Shown here one piece after another: positions 1 through 7,369 of a stretch of 24,960 nt of DNA. The DNA is from a virus. Lineage: Duplodnaviria; Caudoviricetes. The position numbers and the translations under genes were made by a program. The stretch spans positions 1-24,960 of IMG/VR virus record IMGVR_UViG_3300011423_000030. The stretch is one strand, 5' to 3'. A model generated the notes under the pieces. That model searched no databases. It saw only the letters and a list, made by a program, of their open reading frames with translations, and had not been told where the DNA came from. How positions within the stretch are numbered: position 1 is the stretch's first letter; the number at the start of each line of letters is the position of its first letter.

Positions 1-1
1 G

Positions 2-49
2 TTCCTGCATGAGGTATCGGTAATGACCAAGTGGTACAGGGAGCGGTAA
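2..49 (+). CDS. 3' end of an upstream gene (...FLHEVSVMTKWYRER*), function unknown
   Basis: Frame is open from the window edge to TAA at 47-49 with genome-typical codons (TTC, AAG). Only 15 codons are visible. Confidence 0.4.
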   Translation, partial: FLHEVSVMTKWYRER

Positions 50-51
50 TT

Positions 52-65
52 AGGGACTCGTCCCT
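52..65. promoter_or_regulatory. Palindromic site 1, AGGGACTCGTCCCT (intergenic)
   Basis: Member of the 10-copy motif family; begins 2 nt after TAA 47-49. Confidence 0.8.
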
Positions 66-283
66 TTTCTTCCTGCCGTGTCGACGGCACAGAGGTTGTC
101 CTGAGTTTTGCATATTCGTGAATAGCCAACGCTGAATCCAATCTTGTTGGCATAGCGCGAGGTCAATGGGATCAGGGCGTAAAGTAGAAATCCCAGCGAC
201 CTAACCTTTCACCTTCGCAATCGCAAGAAGGTTCCGAAAATTGGAGAGCGAAGGCAGATCGGACAGACGGTCACTTACATTAC

Positions 284-297
284 GGGGAATCGTCCCC
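284..297. promoter_or_regulatory. Palindromic site 2, GGGGAATCGTCCCC (intergenic)
   Basis: Reverse complement is GGGGACGATTCCCC; lies just upstream of the AAGGAG RBS (305-310) of ORF 314. Confidence 0.8.
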
Positions 298-313
298 ACT
301 TACCAAGGAGAGC

Positions 314-652
314 ATGATGATCAGACCTATTACAGACACAATACGAGTCATATCTGGTGGTGAGTTCCTAGATGAAGCAAGCGATCAACTGAATGAGCTC
401 GTGACAGCGATCTCGGAGCGAGGTGGATCGGGCAAGGTGACACTGACAATCTCGGTCAAGAAGGCTACTCGTGGAGGTGCGATGCATGTTACCGGGAAGA
501 CCATGCTCACCAAGCCAGCAGACCTGCCACATGAGGTACTGCTATTCGCTACACCCGAGGGCAATCTGGTAGCTGATGACCCGAGCCAGATGAAGCTAGA
601 CCTGCAACAGATTGAGCCAGCATCTACCGTGCTGAGAAGCATCCAGTCGTAA
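314..652 (+). CDS. YfdP-like phage protein (usual partner of DUF2303)
   Basis: The pattern GGEF...L.ELV.AI...GKVTLTISVK...F.TPEGNL resembles prophage YfdP. It lies directly upstream of a DUF2303 gene and has RBS AAGGAG. Confidence 0.7.
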   Translation: MMIRPITDTIRVISGGEFLDEASDQLNELVTAISERGGSGKVTLTISVKKATRGGAMHVTGKTMLTKPADLPHEVLLFATPEGNLVADDPSQMKLDLQQIEPASTVLRSIQS

Positions 653-679
653 TACCAACAACATACTTAGGAGCGATTC

Positions 680-1534
680 ATGGGAATACCAGACGTAGAT
701 GGACAGAACCTAGCGCAGACACTGGCTAAGGAGATGAAGCAGCCAACACGGATCGAGACGCACAGTGAGCACGTGTCTCGCATAGCCACACCTGAAGGCT
801 GGACAATCAAGGATTACGACGATGAGAAGTATCATGCAACCCCGCGCCGGAAGATGGGGACTGTAGGACTGCTGGACGTGGATAGCTTCATCAACTACGT
901 CAAGCGACATAACATAGCCAAGGACACATCAATCTGGTGCAATGCCGACTACTTCAACGGGAAGGTCAGCTTCACAGCTATCCTGAATGACCACGGTGCT
1001 AGTGCAGATGCGCCAGCATGGAGAGACCACCTAGCCATATTCTCACCAGCATTCTCTACCGAGTGGTTCAGGTGGAAGGAGAAGAACAAGACCTCATTCA
1101 CACAGGCTGAGTTCGCTACATTCGTCGAGGATAACCTCAAGGACATCGTGAAGGTGGGTGAGAGCCCAAGTGGTGGTCAGATGCTTGAGATGGCACTGGA
1201 CTTCGAAGCCAATCAGGAGAAGCGGTTCAAGTCAGCGATCCGGCTCCAGAGCGGTACAGTGAACATGCAGTTCGTTGATAGCGAGGATGCCCAGACGATC
1301 TCCAAGATGCAGATGTTCGAGCGATTCACTATCGGGATACCTGTCTTCTGGGGTGGCGATCCTTACCAAGTTGATGCTCGGCTACGCTACCGCCAGAGGG
1401 ATGGCAAGCTCACATTCCACTACGAGCTGATCAGGCTGGACAAGGTGCTCGAGGCCGCTACCAAGACAATGATCGCCAAGGTGAACGATGCACTGAAGCT
1501 CCCATTCTTCTTCGGGAATCCATTCGCTAAGTAA
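680..1534 (+). CDS. DUF2303 / YfdQ family protein
   Basis: Motifs SFINYVKRH, W.DH.A, FTQAEFATFVEDN and IPVF.GG..Y...ARLRYR; RBS AGGAG at 669-673. Confidence 0.85.
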   Translation: MGIPDVDGQNLAQTLAKEMKQPTRIETHSEHVSRIATPEGWTIKDYDDEKYHATPRRKMGTVGLLDVDSFINYVKRHNIAKDTSIWCNADYFNGKVSFTAILNDHGASADAPAWRDHLAIFSPAFSTEWFRWKEKNKTSFTQAEFATFVEDNLKDIVKVGESPSGGQMLEMALDFEANQEKRFKSAIRLQSGTVNMQFVDSEDAQTISKMQMFERFTIGIPVFWGGDPYQVDARLRYRQRDGKLTFHYELIRLDKVLEAATKTMIAKVNDALKLPFFFGNPFAK

Positions 1535-1574
1535 CAGGTGACCACTACAACATTTAACAAGGTAGGTGAATATT

Positions 1575-2000
1575 ATGAGTGTTAACAAGGTCATACTAGT
1601 AGGGCGGCTAACCAGAGATGTAGACCTAAGGAGCCTGAAGAATGGTGACTCGGTAGCCAATGCATCACTGGCGACTAGCGAAAAGTGGACGGACAAGAGC
1701 GGGGAGAAGCAGGAGAAGGCTGAGTTTCACAACCTGATCTTCTTCCGGCAGCTTGCAGACTTGGCAGCTAAGTATCTCGTCAAGGGTTCACAGATATACG
1801 TTGAGGGCAAGCTGGCTACACGGAAGTACGAGAAGGAAGGGGTGGAGCGGTATACTACCGAGATCATAGTGAACGACATGAAGTTCCTGTCCAGTGGCAA
1901 GAAAAAGGAGGATGAAGCCGGAGCAGCACCACCTAAGGCAACACCTCCACCTAAGCCAGTACAGAACTTCGACAACTTCGACGATGACATACCGTTCTAA
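1575..2000 (+). CDS. ssb: Single-stranded DNA-binding protein
   Basis: VNKVILVGRL..D, KGSQIYVEGKL.TRKY and acidic C-terminal DDDIPF. ATG 1575 (MSVNKV) is preferred over the track's GTG 1566 because AGGT lies at RBS distance. Confidence 0.96.
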   Translation: MSVNKVILVGRLTRDVDLRSLKNGDSVANASLATSEKWTDKSGEKQEKAEFHNLIFFRQLADLAAKYLVKGSQIYVEGKLATRKYEKEGVERYTTEIIVNDMKFLSSGKKKEDEAGAAPPKATPPPKPVQNFDNFDDDIPF

Positions 2001-2013
2001 TTCATGTACTTAG

Positions 2014-2520
2014 ATGCAGATAGAGAAGTGGAATGACCTGATATGCGCGACACTGGTAGGGACTAGTTCCTCTCACCCGATGTCGATGGCTGCTGTACTT
2101 GAGACTCACAGAGACGCTGGCCTTACCTCCAGTGTCTTGACTGAGATAGTGCTCAAGCTGATGACCGACAAGCGGGTGTGCTTCGCTCGGACGTTCAAGA
2201 ATGGAGAGTGGCAGGATCAGCTCTACACGGCAGGGATAGACATACAGGATAGGCGCATACCGTCCAGCAGGGAGCACACACCACATCCCACCAAGAAGCC
2301 TGTCCGGAAGTGCTTGACCTGCACCAAGATACTGCCTGACTATCGGTTCGAGTTCGGATCACGCAGATGTATGGTGTGTGTCGAGCGCATCAAGACCGAG
2401 AAGTACGCGAAGCACAACGTCAAGAAGTGCATCACGTGCAAGGAGACCAAGGCCATGACTGACTACGACATCGAGCGATCCTATCGTAGGTGTAACCAGT
2501 GCGTGTCCAGACACAAGTAA
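2014..2520 (+). CDS. Hypothetical protein: possible winged-helix N-terminus plus two CxxC...CxxC zinc-finger repeats
   Basis: KCLTC...RRCMVC and KCITC...RRCNQC; fills the gap between ssb and terL. Confidence 0.65.
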   Translation: MQIEKWNDLICATLVGTSSSHPMSMAAVLETHRDAGLTSSVLTEIVLKLMTDKRVCFARTFKNGEWQDQLYTAGIDIQDRRIPSSREHTPHPTKKPVRKCLTCTKILPDYRFEFGSRRCMVCVERIKTEKYAKHNVKKCITCKETKAMTDYDIERSYRRCNQCVSRHK

Positions 2521-2567
2521 GCTGATTGATTGTACTATGCGGCATTCCGACTTGATTACTAAGACGA

Positions 2568-3968
2568 ATGCTGGCAGAACTGGTAACGGAACAGACGTGG
2601 AGCAGCTTCGATGAGCTGGACAGGATCGCTCTCATCGCACATACCGAATGGCTCATGGAGGCTCATGGCTACCAGATACCTCCACCTCTCGAGCAGGACT
2701 GGCTCATCTGGATGCTGCTGGCAGGACGTGGCTCCGGCAAGACCCGTAGTGCTGTCGAGGCCGTATGGTGGTGGTGCTGGAAGAATCCCAACTGGCGGTA
2801 TCTCGTGCTGGCTCCGACATCTAATGACATCAAGCACACCTGCTTCGAGGGCGAGTCTGGCCTGATCGCTGTCATCCCACCTGAACTCATCGAGTCATAC
2901 AACAAGCAGGATCACCAGATCATATTGATGAACGGCAGCTCCATCCGAGGTATCTCAGGCGACTCCTACGAGCGGCTCCGTGGCCCACAGTGGCATGGCT
3001 GCTGGGCTGATGAGCTGGCTGCATTCAACTATCTCGATGAAGGTCAGGCTTGGGACATGATGAACATGGGGCTCCGTCTTGGGCCATCTCCTCGGGTGAT
3101 CGTAACCACTACACCACGGAACAAGGACTTGATCGTGGAGCTGGTGGATCGTGAGGGTGATGATGTCATCATAGATCGGGCTACTTCCTACGCCAACATA
3201 GAGAACCTGTCCCCCACATTCTCCAAGCAGCTCGAGCGGTACAAGGGTACTCAGCTCTACAATCAGGAGGTCTTGGGCGAGATCATCGATCTGGAGGAGG
3301 GCAAGGTCGTCAGTCGCAGCATGTTCCGGCTATGGCCTCACGACAGGGAATTCCCCGAGTTCGAGTACATCGTCCAAGCCTACGACTGTGCCTTTACCGA
3401 GAAGCTCTACAATGATCCTACGGCGATGACCACGTGGGGAGTGTTCAAGCCACTGGATGGCCCAACGTCGATCATGCTCATAGACTGCTGGGAGGAGCAC
3501 CTCACTTTCCCCAACCTGAAGCCCAAGGTAATCGAGGAATTCGGTGTGCTCTACGGCTCAGGCACGACAGCCAAGCGACCGGACATCATACTGGTCGAGG
3601 ACAAGGCCGCTGGGATATCGCTCATACAGGAACTTCAGAAGGCTTACCTCCCGGTCAGAGGCTGGAACCCCGGACGAGCTGACAAGATGCAGAGGCTCCA
3701 GATAGCTGCCTCCGTATTCATCACCGGACGTGTCTGGCTACCTGAGAGTGCCAACAAGCGAGGCTACGTGAAGAGCTGGGCAGAGGGATTCCTCAGTCAA
3801 CTGTGCTCATTCCCTGACTGCACTCGGGATGACTACGTGGACAGTGCATCGATGGCGATCCGGTTCCTCTCGGACAATGGCTGGATCGAGCTGAACCCAA
3901 GGCCCTATGATCCTGACGAAGAGTACGTCGACGAGTACAAGCCTCGAGTCAATCCCTACGCCGTATGA
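2568..3968 (+). CDS. terL: Terminase large subunit
   Basis: Walker A AGRGSGKT, Walker B LRGPQWHGCWADE, coupling motif VTTTP, and nuclease acidic residues YDCAF, VEDKAAG, DDYVDS. Confidence 0.96.
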   Translation: MLAELVTEQTWSSFDELDRIALIAHTEWLMEAHGYQIPPPLEQDWLIWMLLAGRGSGKTRSAVEAVWWWCWKNPNWRYLVLAPTSNDIKHTCFEGESGLIAVIPPELIESYNKQDHQIILMNGSSIRGISGDSYERLRGPQWHGCWADELAAFNYLDEGQAWDMMNMGLRLGPSPRVIVTTTPRNKDLIVELVDREGDDVIIDRATSYANIENLSPTFSKQLERYKGTQLYNQEVLGEIIDLEEGKVVSRSMFRLWPHDREFPEFEYIVQAYDCAFTEKLYNDPTAMTTWGVFKPLDGPTSIMLIDCWEEHLTFPNLKPKVIEEFGVLYGSGTTAKRPDIILVEDKAAGISLIQELQKAYLPVRGWNPGRADKMQRLQIAASVFITGRVWLPESANKRGYVKSWAEGFLSQLCSFPDCTRDDYVDSASMAIRFLSDNGWIELNPRPYDPDEEYVDEYKPRVNPYAV

Positions 3969-4429
3969 TCCACAGGAAGAAGGCTATCATCGCGCTAGAC
4001 CTTGGCCTCAATACAGGCTGGGCGATCTTCAACCATGAGGGGATCATGTCAGGCCATGAGAACTTCGACGTGGCCCGTGGTGTCCATCGCTGCTACTCGT
4101 TCATGCACTATGCCTTCTGGCTGGCTGAGATGCTCGACAAGTTCAAGATCACGCACCTGTACTACGAGGAGGTGGTGAGTCATGCCGGGAGTCGGGCAGC
4201 ACACGTCTACGGCTCATTCGAGACCACTACCGAGCTTGAAGCATGCATAAGGGGAATCGTCCCTACTGGGATAGGCGTGACCACCATCAAGAAGTTCGCC
4301 ACCAGCAATGGGCATGCCGACAAGCCAATGATGATCCGCGCAGCACAGCAGCACAACCCAAGCATTACTTCGGATAATGAGGCAGATGCATTCCATCTAT
4401 TACGGTACGCGATGCAAAACACTGAATAG
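3965..4429 (+). CDS. RuvC-like Holliday junction resolvase
   Basis: IALDLG.NTGWA, YYEEV, IKKFAT..G.ADK..M and DNEADA match the RuvC-fold catalytic D/E/D/D pattern; ATGA overlap with terL. Confidence 0.85.
   Translation: MIHRKKAIIALDLGLNTGWAIFNHEGIMSGHENFDVARGVHRCYSFMHYAFWLAEMLDKFKITHLYYEEVVSHAGSRAAHVYGSFETTTELEACIRGIVPTGIGVTTIKKFATSNGHADKPMMIRAAQQHNPSITSDNEADAFHLLRYAMQNTE
4251..4264. promoter_or_regulatory. Palindromic site 3, GGGGAATCGTCCCT (inside RuvC-like gene)
   Basis: Same 12-bp core as sites 2, 6 and 7. Confidence 0.75.
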
Positions 4430-4468
4430 CAGAGTATTATTACGGGAACTCAGAATGGAGCATCCCGC

Positions 4469-7369
4469 ATGGCCTCCGACAATCCCTTCAGTAACGATCC
4501 ACGACCATCCCTCCTCGAGTCTGCACTGGCTGGTGCTGACCGATCCAGCATCGAAGAATCACCCCTAGAAGTTCAGGCTGAGATGGCCTTGAAGCGTAGA
4601 GACATCCCCGCGTATATTGAGCTACAGGCTCGAAGGATGGGCAAGACTGGTATCGAGAACATCAGTCAGTACGGTCGTGACGTGCAGCGCAAGCCTATTG
4701 AGTCAGCTCTGGACTTGGTCAATCCCGGTGGGGCGATGGCTGGGGTGATCAGGAAGAAGGGTAGTCAATGGTTAGATAAGAATATGCCAGCTCATATGAA
4801 CATTCTGCTGGGAGATCAGCAATACCCGAATGCTGCACACAATCAGGCTCTGAGCAAGTGGATCAAAGGCCCGATGACCAAGTACCTGAAGAACGAGATG
4901 GCGACACCTGAAGACCCCATCCGTAAGCTGGCTGAGAGTGGCATCACGCACAATCCTGTCATCTACCCACGGTTACCACACATTCAGAAGCAGGTACAGG
5001 AGACAAGACAGGCTGCTGGATTCCCTGAGCCTATGGGACAGTCTGAGCACGCCAAGAAGTGGGAAGACCTTGCTGACAGCATGATTACATCGCAACCAGC
5101 CAAATATTACGAAGGTCTACCAGCATATTCTGATCCGTGGCTCTCGAAATTACCGCCAGATGAGATAGTGCATGATCTCCCACACGTATCATCCGATCTT
5201 GCGATGATGAACAAGCTCGGCATGACCCAGATGAGGGGATTCCTGCGGCGGGAGATGGAGCAAGGTAACCTCAGGCCAGAGAACCTTAATGCCCTGACTA
5301 TGGAGCAAGCTGTTCGCAGGATGCATGATGCCCGAATAGAGGCAGCGAAGGCCAAGGAGCTTGGTGATACCGAGAAGTTTGCTCAGTACCGGAACTTCCC
5401 GCTGCACAAGGAATACGAGGGTGGATGGAGGTGGGTGGACTTGCCGGACACTGGCACTCCTGAAGGACTGAAGACCGTCAAGGAGATCGGTTGCTCTGGT
5501 GGCTGGTGTACGATGAAAGATACCGAGGCTGAAGGGTATGGCTCGAAGGAGGGTGGGAATACACTGAGGGCATTACTTGATCCAACAGGCAGACCTCACA
5601 TCCAAGCTCACTCTGAGGAGATGTGGGATGGGCCTAAGAACCTCAACAAGACCAAGTTGACGCAGATCAAGCCATTCAACAATGAGTGGACAAGTGCGCG
5701 AGTCAATGAGTGGACTGACAAGAATCCCAAGTACCGTGAAGAGATCATCCCGATGATGCAGGACTACATCAGGTCGGGTAACTTCCATGAGGTACGGGAC
5801 TACAACAATGCTGACCTGTTCCCCTCCAGTGACAAGATATCACCCGAAGGTAAGGCCCTGCTGGAGAAGCACGGTCACAAGGTTCCAGCCTTCATCAATG
5901 AACAAGAGCGAGGTGACTTGCGCGACAAGCTGATGAAACTATTGGACTTGGGGGAGGACATGGCAGAAGGGGGACGCGTCCCTAATATGGCTGATGGTGG
6001 GCTCGTCGTACCTGAGGAGAGGCCATCGCTACTAGAGGCTGGGCTGGCAGGAGCTGAACGTCCCGGTGGCATCCAGAATTCCCCAAGCGTGATCCAGCAA
6101 GCTATGGATGAGCTGAATGCCAAGATCGGTCAGTCGGAGTACGTGCAGGACGTGAAGAAGCGTGTGGCTGATCCTCTCGGCACGATAGCTGGTGAGGCCA
6201 AGAGATGGAGTGAGCTACCAGCAGAAGGGATGCTCGGGGAGCTGGGTGGGCATGGGCTGGTTGGTGCTACCAAGAGAGTAGCAGAGAGCGCATACGATCC
6301 TCTCTTCGGCTATCCATCCAAGGCAGCATTCGAGCGATACAGGAAGTCAGAGCCTCGTGAAGCCAGACTTGAACGATTGGCAGAAGCATCGAAGCAACGA
6401 CATCCGGAAGCACTCCCAGCATCTGAGGCACTGGGTAAGTTCGAGGGCAAGCGACTCAGGCTCACTCAGGCTGATCGGATGATCGCTGCCGGGGAGCATC
6501 AAGGTGGGCCTCGGCACTCGTATCTCCAGCAACAAAGCCCAGAGTACAAGAAGCGCAGGTCGGCATGGGCAGTCGGGAATGAACAAACGGCTAATCGGAT
6601 GACCAAGCTCAATCAGTCAGAGCCAACTGTCTGGACTCCATACATCGGCAGTGAGCACCAACACGCATCCAATCTCAGTGCCTTCAATCAGCTACACAAG
6701 GCTTTCGAGAAGGCACGTGAGGAGGGCAAGCTACCCAAGGAACTGCTGAATGCCTATAACCAGAGGCTGAATGTCATGTCTCTCAAGGGCCAGCCACTGT
6801 CTGTAGTCAAGGACTCGGACAAGCTGATGTTCCCTGAAGGTATCGATATCAGTAAGCCGGGTTACCGTGACTTGCTCAATACCTACGACAAGCGCAGGGA
6901 GTTCGCCAATGTCATCAGAGGTGAGGGGGTGGGTGGCAAGAAGGCCCAGATATTCGATGTCGACAAGATGCTGCATGACCTCACTGAACCATCGCTACGG
7001 CAAGTGCCACAGGAGCATGCTGGAGATACTCTATTCACGCTGACCGGGAATGTCGTACATAAGCCAGTGATGACCAAGGGTGCTCATCCAGCCTACCCAT
7101 ACCTGCTGGAGGGTGATGACTCAGGGATGATCTACCGGACTACACCTGCTGAGGTGATGGTTCCCGAGTGGACGCATGGACTTGAGCAGAAGCATGGCAG
7201 GGGCATTCAGGGGATCGACTACCGGACTACCGACCCTAATCAGTTCATCTCCGAGGATTACCTGAACTGGCTCCAGAGGCTGGGCTACAAGAAGGGTGGG
7301 CAGGTCAAGGAGCCAAGCATCAAGGAGATGAAGCTATCTTTAATGAAGAGCAAGACTACAGGACGATAA
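4469..7369 (+). CDS. 966-aa two-module protein, probable internal virion/ejected protein with a PcfJ-like segment
   Basis: Long ORF abutting the portal gene. Segment GGWCT...LRALLDPTGRPHI...QIKP resembles PcfJ-like domains. It has a duplicated RPSLLE..LAGA.R leader and three xxxGGxV tags. The function is an inference. Confidence 0.6.
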   Translation: MASDNPFSNDPRPSLLESALAGADRSSIEESPLEVQAEMALKRRDIPAYIELQARRMGKTGIENISQYGRDVQRKPIESALDLVNPGGAMAGVIRKKGSQWLDKNMPAHMNILLGDQQYPNAAHNQALSKWIKGPMTKYLKNEMATPEDPIRKLAESGITHNPVIYPRLPHIQKQVQETRQAAGFPEPMGQSEHAKKWEDLADSMITSQPAKYYEGLPAYSDPWLSKLPPDEIVHDLPHVSSDLAMMNKLGMTQMRGFLRREMEQGNLRPENLNALTMEQAVRRMHDARIEAAKAKELGDTEKFAQYRNFPLHKEYEGGWRWVDLPDTGTPEGLKTVKEIGCSGGWCTMKDTEAEGYGSKEGGNTLRALLDPTGRPHIQAHSEEMWDGPKNLNKTKLTQIKPFNNEWTSARVNEWTDKNPKYREEIIPMMQDYIRSGNFHEVRDYNNADLFPSSDKISPEGKALLEKHGHKVPAFINEQERGDLRDKLMKLLDLGEDMAEGGRVPNMADGGLVVPEERPSLLEAGLAGAERPGGIQNSPSVIQQAMDELNAKIGQSEYVQDVKKRVADPLGTIAGEAKRWSELPAEGMLGELGGHGLVGATKRVAESAYDPLFGYPSKAAFERYRKSEPREARLERLAEASKQRHPEALPASEALGKFEGKRLRLTQADRMIAAGEHQGGPRHSYLQQQSPEYKKRRSAWAVGNEQTANRMTKLNQSEPTVWTPYIGSEHQHASNLSAFNQLHKAFEKAREEGKLPKELLNAYNQRLNVMSLKGQPLSVVKDSDKLMFPEGIDISKPGYRDLLNTYDKRREFANVIRGEGVGGKKAQIFDVDKMLHDLTEPSLRQVPQEHAGDTLFTLTGNVVHKPVMTKGAHPAYPYLLEGDDSGMIYRTTPAEVMVPEWTHGLEQKHGRGIQGIDYRTTDPNQFISEDYLNWLQRLGYKKGGQVKEPSIKEMKLSLMKSKTTGR
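5970..5983. promoter_or_regulatory. Palindromic site 4, GGGGACGCGTCCCT (inside 966-aa gene)
   Basis: Perfect 12-bp palindrome GGGACGCGTCCC at 5971-5982, followed by TAAT. Confidence 0.75.

Noticed and set aside
2058-2071. AGGGACTAGTTCCT as an eleventh site
   Set aside because: It lacks the GGGACG arm present in all ten copies and has an arm mismatch, so it is kept only as a possible weak site.
3346-3355. GGGAATTCCC palindrome in terL
   Set aside because: It is two bases shorter than the family core and lacks the GGGACG arm; probably chance.
4412-4440. Possible sigma70 promoter ATGCAA-17-TATTAT before the 966-aa gene
   Set aside because: The -35 match is weak and there is no independent support.
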